In this document: positions 28,097-37,642 of the stretch, in pieces
Layout of the letters: every line of letters begins with the position of its first letter
Numbering within the stretch: the stretch's first letter is position 1
Source: Gemmatimonadaceae bacterium
Lineage (GTDB): Bacteria > Gemmatimonadota > Gemmatimonadetes > Gemmatimonadales > Gemmatimonadaceae
Reading direction: 5' to 3'
NCBI GenBank assembly: GCA_051859245.1
Contig: JBHYGA010000001.1
Coordinates: 256,001-320,000, forward strand
Length of the DNA stretch: 64,000 nt
Position numbers and translations under genes: made by a program
Notes under the pieces: model-generated
The model's input: only the letters and a program-made list of their open reading frames with translations
The model's database searches: none
Told to the model about the DNA's origin: nothing

Positions 28097-29641
28097 TCAT
28101 GCTTCGTTGGCGAGCACGTCGAGAAACTCGTCGCCGTAACGTTCCAGTTTCGCTTGCCCCACACCGGGCACCTGCAGCAGCTCGCTCGGCGTGGCCGGTC
28201 TGCGCGCGACCATTTCAAGCAGCACCTTGTCGCCAAAAACGATGTATGCTGGCACGCCTGCCTCATCGGCTAACTCGCGCCGCCGCGCACGCAATGCATC
28301 AAAAAGCGCGCGATCCGAAGCGTCGAGATCGTTCACATCAAACGCGGATGGCGCACGATCACGCGGCGCGCGCCACCGCGACTCGGTCGCAACCGTTGCC
28401 ACCGCCGCCAGTCGAGACTCCACCGACTGCCCCGTGCAATGATCACACGCATCACCACACGCGTCGATCGATTCGTCGAAGTGCGCCACCAACGCCTGAT
28501 GTCGGCACGCGGAACGCTCCACCAGTTCAAACAAACGAACCGTGGCGGCATGCGTCCGCTTGCGCAGCGCGTCGTCTTCCACACGATCGAGGAATCGCTC
28601 GTGCATTTTCACGTCCGCCCACGAGTAGAACAGCACGCAGTCACTCGGCAGGCCGTCTCGTCCGGCGCGGCCGATTTCCTGATACCACGATTCGATATCC
28701 TTCGGCATGTCACGGTGAATCACAAACCGCACGTTGGGCTTGTCGATGCCCATGCCAAACGCAACGGTTGCCACAATCACGTCGCAGTTGTCGCGTTGAA
28801 AACTGTCCTGATTGCGTGCACGAATGTTCGCGTCGAGTCCGGCGTGGTAGGGCAGGGCACGTACACCCTGACTCACCAGAAAATCGGTCGTTTGCTCTAC
28901 GCTGTTGCGACTCTGGCAGTAGACAATTCCGCTTTCGCCGGCGTGCGAGCGAATGAGCGTGAGAATTTCGCGTCGCGTGTCGCCGCCCTGTCCTTTCTTT
29001 CGCACCCCCACACGCAAGTTCGGGCGAAAGAACGACCCTTTGAAGCCAGCCGGCTTTTTCATGCCGAGCTGTCGCAGAATATCTCGTGCGACGTCTCGCG
29101 TGGCGGTGGCCGTCAGCGCGAGCACCGGCACGTTGAGCTCGTGCTTGAGTCCCTGCAGGCGCCGATACGACGGACGGAAGTCGTGCCCCCACTGACTGAT
29201 GCAATGCGCTTCGTCGACCACGAGCAAGGCAATCGGACAGCCGAGCACAAATGAGCCCAGCGAGCCATCAAGCGCTTCGGGGGCGAGAAACACGAGCTCG
29301 TACGCGCCGGCGCGAAAGGCTTCGAGGCGCGCGCGGCGCTCGTCGGGCTCCAGTGTGGAGTTGATCGCGGTGACTTTGAAACCAAGCGCGGCGACGGCGT
29401 CCACCTGATCCTTCATCAGCGAGATAAGCGGTGAAATCACCAGCACCGTACCGCTCAGCAACTTGGCCGGCAGCTGGTAGGTGAGCGACTTGCCCGCCCC
29501 CGTGGGCATGAGCGCAATGCAATCGCGCCCCGCCAACACGGCATCGATCACTTCACGCTGCCCCGGCCGGAACGAAGAGTAGCCGAAGACGTCGCGCAGA
29601 ACGGCGTCGCACGAAGGCAACGATTCTTCAACCGCGTGCAT
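28097..29641 (-). CDS. recQ: RecQ family DNA helicase with HRDC domain
   Basis: [44 protein letters not shown], Zn Cys cluster, C-terminal HRDC. Confidence 0.93.
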   Translation of the reverse strand: MHAVEESLPSCDAVLRDVFGYSSFRPGQREVIDAVLAGRDCIALMPTGAGKSLTYQLPAKLLSGTVLVISPLISLMKDQVDAVAALGFKVTAINSTLEPDERRARLEAFRAGAYELVFLAPEALDGSLGSFVLGCPIALLVVDEAHCISQWGHDFRPSYRRLQGLKHELNVPVLALTATATRDVARDILRQLGMKKPAGFKGSFFRPNLRVGVRKKGQGGDTRREILTLIRSHAGESGIVYCQSRNSVEQTTDFLVSQGVRALPYHAGLDANIRARNQDSFQRDNCDVIVATVAFGMGIDKPNVRFVIHRDMPKDIESWYQEIGRAGRDGLPSDCVLFYSWADVKMHERFLDRVEDDALRKRTHAATVRLFELVERSACRHQALVAHFDESIDACGDACDHCTGQSVESRLAAVATVATESRWRAPRDRAPSAFDVNDLDASDRALFDALRARRRELADEAGVPAYIVFGDKVLLEMVARRPATPSELLQVPGVGQAKLERYGDEFLDVLANEA

Positions 29642-29713
29642 GGAATGGGAAAGCGGTATATTGTGGGGCGTGGGACTGTGACGATGTCCAACAATAAACG
29701 CCCGGAGCCGAGG

Positions 29714-30283
29714 ATGCACGCAGCCTCTCGCATTTTGCTACTGCTTGGTGCGCCCGTATTCGTTGTGCTGCGCCCAACTGTCGCGAGCGACCACAGCGCG
29801 GTGCGCAAATGCACCGCGCCTGTTTCGGCAACGCCGCAATACTTTGTTGATGGGCGTACATCGGACCTGGCAGCCGTCAAAACGATTCCTGAAACCGATA
29901 TCATCGACGTGACGGTGCTGTGCGTCAGTCCGGTTGATTACACGGTGATCAAACCCGGCACAAAAGCACCCGGCCTGCCAGCAATCGCCATCTGGACGGC
30001 GCATGGGCCGTCGGTGCAGCTGCAACCGTTGCTCAAGAAGATCAACGACGCGCAACAAGCGCATTTCGCAGCGACAGGCAACTACGCCACCACGATAGGT
30101 GCGCTGTCGCTGGGCCCAGTCTCAAACGATGTGCGCGTCACGCTCAACGCGACCGCGACGCAGTGGCGCGCGGATGCGGAAGTCAACCGACCCACCTCTC
30201 CCCGGTGCACCGTATTTGATGGCGCACTCGATGTCCCGATCCTAGGCCCCAAAGGCGTGGTGCGGTGCTCCGGTCCCGCATAG
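29714..30283 (+). CDS. Hypothetical exported protein (TonB-plug-like segment plus pilin-like C-terminus)
   Basis: Signal-like N-terminus; [33 protein letters not shown]. Confidence 0.6.
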   Translation: MHAASRILLLLGAPVFVVLRPTVASDHSAVRKCTAPVSATPQYFVDGRTSDLAAVKTIPETDIIDVTVLCVSPVDYTVIKPGTKAPGLPAIAIWTAHGPSVQLQPLLKKINDAQQAHFAATGNYATTIGALSLGPVSNDVRVTLNATATQWRADAEVNRPTSPRCTVFDGALDVPILGPKGVVRCSGPA

Positions 30284-30355
30284 CGCAACCGGAGTCGCAA
30301 TGAACCGTGCACAAGGTGGAAGACCAAAACGCACTCGGCCATCCACGCTTGGCGT

Positions 30356-30439
30356 TTAACGGCCTCGGCGCGACCAGCCCCAGCCGCCGCCAAAGATCAG
30401 GACGAGTACAACAATGATCAGCAGCGTATTGGTAGACAT
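30356..30439 (-). CDS. 27-aa single-TM small protein
   Basis: MSTNTLLIIVVLVLIFGGGWGWSRRGR*, AGGA RBS just upstream; below the ORF-track cutoff. Confidence 0.7.
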   Translation of the reverse strand: MSTNTLLIIVVLVLIFGGGWGWSRRGR

Positions 30440-30591
30440 GTTGATCCTGGGCAGTAAGAACATTCGCTGCGTGACGACTCACAGTGCGCCGTCGATGAAC
30501 AGCAGCGATATTCGAAACCTAGGCGTATCGGTTGCGCAGGCTATTGCTCAAACGATGGATCTGCATCTGCTCCCGTCGAGCAGTTGCGTCG

Positions 30592-31092
30592 CTACTCGTC
30601 CAGCTGCTCTGGTTCGAGCACAGGCAGCAACTGAATCAACACCGCGTCGCACTGTCGTTTGTCGAGGTACAGTCTGGCGACAGACGGAGACGGCCCAACA
30701 AACACGTCGCCAGCCGCACCCGGATTGATCACGAGTCGCCGCGCCGCGCGCGTGATCAGTGGCAGGTTGGAGTGCGCATAGACAATCACATCGGCGTGCA
30801 TGTACGCCGACACCAGACGCGGCGGATCCGGCCGCTCCAGCTCGTGTCCGTACGAGACGACCACGTGCAGTTGCTCAAGCCGTTCGTCGATGCGTGGCAC
30901 GCTGCTACCCACAAACGCGGCGTCCTGAGGACCACGCACCGCGCGTGTGGGTGCGATGGCCGACAGGTCCTGAAGTACCGACGCGGAGCCGATGTTGCCC
31001 ACGTGAAAAATGAAGTCGACACCGCGCAGGGCACGGTGCACCTCCGGCCGAAGCACGCCCTGCGTTTCGGCGATCAGTCCAATAGTGAGCAT
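30592..31092 (-). CDS. YfcE/MJ0936-like metallophosphoesterase homologue with degenerate metal ligands
   Basis: IGLIAETQG, HVGNIG, VRGPQD, YAHSN, VINPGAAG. Confidence 0.75.
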   Translation of the reverse strand: MLTIGLIAETQGVLRPEVHRALRGVDFIFHVGNIGSASVLQDLSAIAPTRAVRGPQDAAFVGSSVPRIDERLEQLHVVVSYGHELERPDPPRLVSAYMHADVIVYAHSNLPLITRAARRLVINPGAAGDVFVGPSPSVARLYLDKRQCDAVLIQLLPVLEPEQLDE

Positions 31093-31100
31093 CTCACAAC

Positions 31101-31631
31101 TTACACCCGTCCGAGCTGTTCCGTTGACTGCCCCAGCAGCACGAGCAAACGCGCGACAAGTGTGTCGGGTGAGTCCGACACGTCGAACGGTTCACCGAGG
31201 GAAGCGTGTGTCTCGTACAACGCCTGCCGTTCGGCGACCAACGTGACGCGCTCAAACTCCGTCTCATCAATCGCTCGCGCGCCTTGACGCGCCGCCACTC
31301 GAGCGAGGTTCGCGTCCAGCGAAAGCGTGAGCAGAAAGGTGCGAATCTCCGTTTCCGGGTGATCGGTGCGAAGTCGCCGGTACAGGTGGTCCAGCGCCGC
31401 TGGAGTGACCCAGAGGTGATTGATGACAAAGTGCACGTACCCTGCACGGCGATGGTGCGCCACAAGGAGCGCCAGTGTGTCGTGCAGATACGCGATCTCA
31501 TCTGCGGGTGGCGGATTGACCGCCACGATGTAATCGCCGTCGAGCATCACGCAGCGATCGAGATGCTCCATGAGCAACTCCGCGAGCGTTGACTTGCCGA
31601 TGCCGAGCGGGCCGTTGAGTACGATGATCAT
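31101..31631 (-). CDS. P-loop kinase / AAA family protein
   Basis: MIIVLNGPLGIGKST, LDGD; ATGA overlap with the upstream gene. Confidence 0.8.
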   Translation of the reverse strand: MIIVLNGPLGIGKSTLAELLMEHLDRCVMLDGDYIVAVNPPPADEIAYLHDTLALLVAHHRRAGYVHFVINHLWVTPAALDHLYRRLRTDHPETEIRTFLLTLSLDANLARVAARQGARAIDETEFERVTLVAERQALYETHASLGEPFDVSDSPDTLVARLLVLLGQSTEQLGRV

Positions 31632-32182
31632 GCGGTATCTGAGTGCTGCGGGCGAGCGCCGTCTCGCGATGTGACGCGCGCCAACGTTGTGGGACCCGCA
31701 CGACGGATCCACCGCGACGCCACGATCATGATGAGAGCAGTCGCTCCTGCGACGGCCAGTGCAAATGAGGGGCCGGGGCCCCCGACTGGACGCGTTGCCG
31801 GGTGTCGCGTGATCGTTTCTGATGCGAAAGCGGCAATCAGACCCGCGTACGAAAAGGTCATCCAGTAGTAGTGGCGCTCCACCCACATGTCGCGCGCAGT
31901 TGGGGCGCGCGCGAGCCGATGTTGTCGGGCGCGTACGGCGCTCACTGTGCCGCTGACTAACGTGCCAAGACTGACCAGAGCGAACACATGAAACGGGCCA
32001 AAGCCGCCGAACAAACGATAGATGGCCAGCGCCGTTCCGTTCAGCACGAGCATAGCCATTACCCAGGTCCAGCCGATCCGCCGGTGGAGTCGGCTGCCCT
32101 TTCCCGGCAGCAGCAGTACCAGAGCGCCAACGATCACTGACACGCCAGCCGCGATCAGGTGGACAAGTCCGAGAAGTGTCAT
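31628..32182 (-). CDS. DUF2306-like membrane protein
   Basis: GLVH, KGSRLHRRIGW, FGPFH, HYYWMTFSY. Confidence 0.75.
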   Translation of the reverse strand: MTLLGLVHLIAAGVSVIVGALVLLLPGKGSRLHRRIGWTWVMAMLVLNGTALAIYRLFGGFGPFHVFALVSLGTLVSGTVSAVRARQHRLARAPTARDMWVERHYYWMTFSYAGLIAAFASETITRHPATRPVGGPGPSFALAVAGATALIMIVASRWIRRAGPTTLARVTSRDGARPQHSDTA

Positions 32183-32290
32183 GCCCGGTACTACGGGCGC
32201 ACCCCCGATCAGGCTTCAACCGCGTTGATGTTCGCTTCACGGCGACCAGCGATGCTTCGGATCCTTGGCCCACCCCAATCCGGAGACCAC

Positions 32291-33439
32291 ATGTTTGTTC
32301 GCACGAATACCATCGCACGGTGCGGCGCATTGCTCGCCAGCACGCTCACCCTCGGCGCTGCCGCAAGTGCCGCGCAAGCGCCGAATCCGTCTCGGACCGG
32401 CGCCGTAGTGCTGGTCGTCAGCAGCGCCGGGCGAGACAGTGGCCGAACGCGGCCCGGCTTCGAAATGGATGAGCTGTCCCAAGCGTGGCATCTGTTCACA
32501 AGCAACGGCTTCACCGTCACCATTGCCAGTCCGGCCGGTGGTGCGGTCGAAGCGGATCGCTTTGATCGGACGGTAGACTACAATGCGCGATTCCTGGAGA
32601 ATGATCTCGCGGTGCACATGCTCGCCAACACCCGTCGGACGGCGGCACTGAACGCCCAGGACTACGACGCCGTGTTCGTGGTTGGCGGCAAGGGGGCGAT
32701 GTTCGATCTCCCGCAGGACACGGCGCTTGCTCGGCTCGCCGGTCAGATGTACGATCGTGGCGCAATCGTCTCCGCCGTGTGTCACGGTCCGGCTGGCCTG
32801 GTTCGTGTCCGAACGCGTGATGGAAATCTGCTGCTTGCCAACCGCGCGGTGACTGGATTTTCCAATGAAGAAGAAACGGTGTTCGGAAAAAAGTGGGCGC
32901 CGCAGTTTTCGTTTTTGCTCGAGGATGAAATCCGATCGCTTGGCGCACGCTGGGAAGAATCGCCCCTCATGATCCCGCATGTTGCGGTTGATGGTCGATT
33001 GATCACCGGACAGAATCCGTTCGCGACGGCGGCCACTGTTGAAGCCGTGCTGAAAGCGCTGGGCAAAACGCCGGTCGTACGCACCGAATGGCGTGATGAA
33101 CGCTCCGTGAACTTTGCGGCGCAGACCCTGCGTGGTGATGCCATCCTGATGCGCCGAGAACTTGCGGCGCTGCACGCGGAGCTGCAGCCGGATCTGATCG
33201 GACTCATCGGTTACTATCAACTGCAAGTGGCTACAGATACGACCGCGGTACGGCGCGCCCTCACGCTGCTGGAACTCGCCGCGCCGTACATGCCGCAGGC
33301 AGAGATCTCGCTGGGCCTTGCAGACGCGTACTCGCGACTTGGGCGCAAGAATGACGCACGCGTTCTTGCACGTGATGTGGTTGCGCGATACCCGGAGCGC
33401 AAGGATGCGCAGGAACTCTTGTCCAGACTCAACAACTGA
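32291..33439 (+). CDS. Exported DJ-1/PfpI (class I GATase-like) protein with C-terminal TPR-like helices
   Basis: Signal peptide; GFEMDEL, ASPAGG, GGKGAMFDL, AVCHGP, TGFSNEEE, ITGQNP; GGAG RBS. Confidence 0.85.
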   Translation: MFVRTNTIARCGALLASTLTLGAAASAAQAPNPSRTGAVVLVVSSAGRDSGRTRPGFEMDELSQAWHLFTSNGFTVTIASPAGGAVEADRFDRTVDYNARFLENDLAVHMLANTRRTAALNAQDYDAVFVVGGKGAMFDLPQDTALARLAGQMYDRGAIVSAVCHGPAGLVRVRTRDGNLLLANRAVTGFSNEEETVFGKKWAPQFSFLLEDEIRSLGARWEESPLMIPHVAVDGRLITGQNPFATAATVEAVLKALGKTPVVRTEWRDERSVNFAAQTLRGDAILMRRELAALHAELQPDLIGLIGYYQLQVATDTTAVRRALTLLELAAPYMPQAEISLGLADAYSRLGRKNDARVLARDVVARYPERKDAQELLSRLNN

Positions 33440-33442
33440 TCC

Positions 33443-34129
33443 GTGACCGCCGCCCTGCACATTCTCGTTATTGAAGACAACCGCGCGCTGGGGCACAGTC
33501 TGCAGACGCTGTTCGCAGCGCGCGGACATCGGGCGGAGCTGGCGGCGGACGGACGGGCTGGCCTGCAAATGGCGCTCGCTGAGCCGCCCGATGTGCTCGT
33601 GCTGGATCTCTCGCTCCCTGGCCTCGACGGCATTCGCGTGTGTGAGCGACTGCGTGCCGAGTGCGATCGGCATGTGCCGATTCTCATGCTGACTGCGCGC
33701 GACACGCTGTCCGAGAAGCTGCGCGGGTTCGAAGCCGGGGCCGATGACTATCTCGCCAAACCATTTGATAACGAGGAACTGCTCGCGCGCTGTCAGGCGC
33801 TTTCACACCGGCGTTGGGCCGGCGCGGAGCATGTGTTGCGGATCGGATCGCTCACGATTGATCGACGCAGCGGGATTGTACAGCGGGAAGGCAAAACGCT
33901 TGAGTTACGCCAGACCGCGCTTCGCATCTTGCTGGTACTGGCCGACGCGTGGCCACGAGCCGTTACGCGTAGTGAGTTGATTCGCCGACTCTGGGGTGAT
34001 GATCCGCCCGATTCCGATCCGTTGCGGACGCACCTCTATCTGTTACGTCAGGTCCTTGACCGACCGTTCGCTACCCCAATGCTCATCACCATACACGACG
34101 TGGGATTTCGTCTGGACGCGAATGGATGA
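33443..34129 (+). CDS. OmpR family response regulator
   Basis: IEDN, LDLSLPGLDG, LTARD, GADDYLAKPF, winged helix. Confidence 0.95.
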   Translation: MTAALHILVIEDNRALGHSLQTLFAARGHRAELAADGRAGLQMALAEPPDVLVLDLSLPGLDGIRVCERLRAECDRHVPILMLTARDTLSEKLRGFEAGADDYLAKPFDNEELLARCQALSHRRWAGAEHVLRIGSLTIDRRSGIVQREGKTLELRQTALRILLVLADAWPRAVTRSELIRRLWGDDPPDSDPLRTHLYLLRQVLDRPFATPMLITIHDVGFRLDANG

Positions 34130-35406
34130 CGCGCACACTTCGCAGCCGCATTGTCGTGTCATTTGTGTCGTTCGCTGTATTCGTGGCGGCCGTCTTTGGT
34201 CTGGCCACCGCCGTTTTTCTGTATACGGTGGAAGATTCGCTCTTTGAATCGATGCTGCGAGAAGAAGCCGCGCGCCTTGAACGTGCGGCCGCGTTGGACA
34301 GTCGCTCGGCTGCCACGCAGTGGCCGCAGCCGAGTGCGAATTATATGACGATCTACACCTCGACCGAACAGTTCCCCGCAGACCTGCGAACCCTAGTCGA
34401 GACGGATCCGAAGCGTCGTGAGTTTTCGGGAGACTCGGGACGACACTACCATGTGCACCCGCTGTTTCGCGACCAGTCAACACCGTCAGCATGGCTCGTC
34501 GCGGAAGTGAGCGATCGGCTGGTCGTGCGCCCGATGCGCCGTGCGTTGCTCGCGAAGTGGTTATTCATTGAATGCGCCATGCTTGTCATCGCGCTCGTAC
34601 TCGCGCTTCGCGTATCGCGCCGCATCGCGCAGCCGCTGACGAGTCTGGCGCAGGCGCTGAAATCCATGGACATTGCAAAACCACAATCGCTTGAGGTGCA
34701 CAACGCCGAGCGTGAAGTCCGGGTGGTCATGGGTGCGCTCGACGAGATGCGATCGCGGGTTCATGCGTTTGTTGACCGGGAGCAGCGATTCACGCGCGAC
34801 GCGAGCCACGAGCTGCGCACCCCACTGAGCGTGATTCAGTCAACAACGGCGCAGGCCGTTGAGGATCCAGGAATTTCGGACACCACGCGCCGGCTGCTGC
34901 AGTTTGCGCGCGAGGGTGCGGAACAGCTCGAACGGACGGTGGCGAGTCTGCTGGCCCTCGCGCGAGAAGACACCCCTGAGGGCTCACGCTCAAGCACGTT
35001 CGTATTGCCCGTACTGGAACGCATTGTGCTCGAACAAGCCGTGTTGCGTGATACCAGCCGGAGTGCACTGGTCATTGACGTGTCGCGGAGCGCCACACTA
35101 CCCGTGTCGGATTCAGTGCTGCACATTCTCCTGTCAAACGTGTTGGGCAACGCGTTCGCGCACGCGGCCCCGGGCGAAGTGCGCGTCAGTATGCGCGATC
35201 GCGTGTTGCGTATTGTGAATCCGGTGTCGGGCGATATCGCGTTGAATGTTCGTGATCTCTCATTGGCCGGCGTGCGACGGGCTGAGAGTCCCGGGTACGG
35301 ACTGGGGCTGTCCATCGTGGAGCGATTGTGCGAACGCTCCGGCCTGGTGTTGTCAATCGCTCTGGTTGCAGACGGACTGTTTGAGGTGGTGCTGCAACCA
35401 GCGTGA
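34126..35406 (+). CDS. Membrane sensor histidine kinase with HAMP domain
   Basis: Two TM segments, DASHELRTPL, NVLGNA, GYGLGLSIV. Confidence 0.92.
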   Translation: MTRTLRSRIVVSFVSFAVFVAAVFGLATAVFLYTVEDSLFESMLREEAARLERAAALDSRSAATQWPQPSANYMTIYTSTEQFPADLRTLVETDPKRREFSGDSGRHYHVHPLFRDQSTPSAWLVAEVSDRLVVRPMRRALLAKWLFIECAMLVIALVLALRVSRRIAQPLTSLAQALKSMDIAKPQSLEVHNAEREVRVVMGALDEMRSRVHAFVDREQRFTRDASHELRTPLSVIQSTTAQAVEDPGISDTTRRLLQFAREGAEQLERTVASLLALAREDTPEGSRSSTFVLPVLERIVLEQAVLRDTSRSALVIDVSRSATLPVSDSVLHILLSNVLGNAFAHAAPGEVRVSMRDRVLRIVNPVSGDIALNVRDLSLAGVRRAESPGYGLGLSIVERLCERSGLVLSIALVADGLFEVVLQPA

Positions 35407-35437
35407 CAACGTGCCAGGTTGTTCGGGCGCGGCGTAG

Positions 35438-36097
35438 CTAGGCCGAGTGGCGTCGGCGCGTGCCTACCACGATCGCCGCCACGCCGATCAGCAGCAACGG
35501 CAGCGACTCAGGCTCCGGTACGACGGACGCACTGCTGGAAAAGTCTGCCGCGAACGCGTAGTCCAGGTCAGAGTTCTCAAATAGCGAACACGACTGCGCG
35601 AGCTGGGCACAACTCACCTGGATCTGGGCGAACGATCCGCCGGCATAACTGTTCGCTGGCGCGCCACCGAGCGCGACCACCGATTCGACCAGCGAACCAT
35701 TCTCGGGAATCACGAAGGCGATGTACTGCGTTCCCGCAACGACTGGAATCGCACCGACGTCAAAGAGTTCTTCAACCGATGTGCAGCACAGCGCGGCTTC
35801 CCGTTCTTCGCTGAACAACACCTCACCAACAGCGTCGCCGCTACTCACAGCGCGCAGATACGTGCGAAACGTGATGCGAACGTCTGCGTTTTCTTTGGAT
35901 GTATTCGAGGCGAAAAAGAATGAATAGTTGTGCAGAAAGGTCGCCCCATCGGGCACCGTAAACGTCTGACCCCAATTGGGGGTCGTCACGTAGTAGTCGA
36001 GCTCGCCCGTCGTCCGCGTGTCAATTGTCTGGGCAGAAACAGTGGTTGCGCTGGCAATCAGCAGGGCCGCTGTGGCAAGGGCCGCTTGGTATCTCAT
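35438..36097 (-). CDS. PEP-CTERM surface protein
   Basis: Signal peptide; VVPEPESLPLLLIGVAAIVVGTRRR tail. Confidence 0.85.
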   Translation of the reverse strand: MRYQAALATAALLIASATTVSAQTIDTRTTGELDYYVTTPNWGQTFTVPDGATFLHNYSFFFASNTSKENADVRITFRTYLRAVSSGDAVGEVLFSEEREAALCCTSVEELFDVGAIPVVAGTQYIAFVIPENGSLVESVVALGGAPANSYAGGSFAQIQVSCAQLAQSCSLFENSDLDYAFAADFSSSASVVPEPESLPLLLIGVAAIVVGTRRRHSA

Positions 36098-36271
36098 TGG
36101 TATTGGCTCCGGGAAAGTGTCGCTGTAACGCCTGTCCCGAGGTCATACGAAATGTTGGCGCCCAATCGGACATGCGGCCTCGCGGCTCGACGCCCTCGCG
36201 CTGGGGCGATACTATACTGTTTCCCCTCCACCTGACCGATCGCCCAAGGGCGACATGCTTGAGCTCGCCAC

Positions 36272-37003
36272 ATGAGTACTACCGATCGATCGCTCGTCCC
36301 GTCTATTGTGCTGGCGCTTGGAATCGTGGTAGGCGGGCTGTTCGCCGGCGACGGTTTTGTGCGCGCGAAACAGGCCGAGCGTTACGTGACGGTCAAGGGT
36401 GTCGCAGAACGCGAAGCCAAAGCCAATCTCGCGATCTGGCCGCTTCGCATCAGCGCGGCCAATAACGACCTGTCACTGGCGAACGCGCAGCTGCAAATGA
36501 GCGTGCAGAAAATCAAGTCGTTTCTGATTCGAAACGGCGTAGACACCACGCAACTCTCATTGCAAGAGTTTGCGGTGCGTGACGGGGAGGCCGATCAGTA
36601 TGGGAATAACCGGTCTGGCCCTCGTTATGTGATCACGCAGACACTCATGGTGCGCAGCACGGAGCCTGATCGCGTGGCCGCGGCGAGTCAGCAAGTGCAC
36701 GAACTCGTGAATGATGGTGTGGTGTTCACGTCGGGCGAGCAGTACGGCAATGGTGGACCCACGTTCGTGTTCACGGGGCTGAATGATCTCAAGCCGGAAA
36801 TGATCGCGCAGGCAACCGCGCGCGCGCGTGAGGCGGCCGCGCAATTTGCCGCCGACGCCGGCAGTGATCTCGGCGGCATTCGTCAGGCCAATCAAGGCTA
36901 CTTCGAAATTCTGCCGCGAGATCAGGCGCAAGGCATTAGTGAAGCGAGCCAGGTCAACAAGGTGATTCGCGTTGTTGCTACCGTGGAGTATCTGCTGAAA
37001 TAG
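36272..37003 (+). CDS. SIMPL domain (DUF541) protein
   Basis: TM anchor, RYVTVKGVAERE, LKPEMIAQAT, IRQANQG. Confidence 0.88.
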   Translation: MSTTDRSLVPSIVLALGIVVGGLFAGDGFVRAKQAERYVTVKGVAEREAKANLAIWPLRISAANNDLSLANAQLQMSVQKIKSFLIRNGVDTTQLSLQEFAVRDGEADQYGNNRSGPRYVITQTLMVRSTEPDRVAAASQQVHELVNDGVVFTSGEQYGNGGPTFVFTGLNDLKPEMIAQATARAREAAAQFAADAGSDLGGIRQANQGYFEILPRDQAQGISEASQVNKVIRVVATVEYLLK

Positions 37004-37042
37004 TTTCGGCCCGCAGTCTTCTCATTTGACAGGACGTACACA

Positions 37043-37639
37043 GTGCAGATCAACGATATTCTTTCGCAGATGGGCGGCCTCAAGTCGATGGCGGCGGAAC
37101 TCGGCGTGAGTGAGGCGCAGGCCGCGAGCGGGGCCCAAGCACTCATTCCGGCTATTCTCGGCGGCTTCAAGAAGCAGGCACAATCGCAGCCGAATGGACT
37201 CGAGGGGCTCGGCGGTTTGCTCGGCAAGCTTGGTGGTGGTTCGTTGCTGGACAACGTGCTCTCGCCACAGCCTACGAATGTGAATCAGGGCAACGATGTG
37301 CTCGGCCAGATTTTCGGATCGAAGGACGTGAGTCGCACGGTGGCGAGCAACGCTGCGTCGCAAACCGGATTGGATCCGAGTGTACTCAAGAAGATGCTGC
37401 CAGTGCTTGCGATGATGGTCGCGGGCTACATGGCCAAGCAGCGCGGTGGTGACAGCAATGACGCGGCCGCGTCGTCGGGCGGCCTCGGCGGACTCGGTGG
37501 CATGCTTGGCGGACTGCTTGGTGGCGCTGGTGGCAGTGGCGGAAAAGCGGGCGGACTCGCGGGGATGCTCGACATGAACGGCGATGGCAATGCGCTTGAT
37601 GATATCATGCGCATGGCCGGCAAAGTCACGGGTCGGTAA
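37043..37639 (+). CDS. DUF937 family protein
   Basis: GNDVLGQIFGSK, KKMLPVLA, Gly-rich linker, LDMNGDGNALDD tail. Confidence 0.8.
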   Translation: MQINDILSQMGGLKSMAAELGVSEAQAASGAQALIPAILGGFKKQAQSQPNGLEGLGGLLGKLGGGSLLDNVLSPQPTNVNQGNDVLGQIFGSKDVSRTVASNAASQTGLDPSVLKKMLPVLAMMVAGYMAKQRGGDSNDAAASSGGLGGLGGMLGGLLGGAGGSGGKAGGLAGMLDMNGDGNALDDIMRMAGKVTGR

Positions 37640-37642
37640 GCA

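Noticed and set aside
31101..32330. 409-aa ORF as a single protein
   Set aside because: The N-terminal part overlaps the DUF2306 gene in another frame; the real gene starts at 31631 (ATGA coupling)
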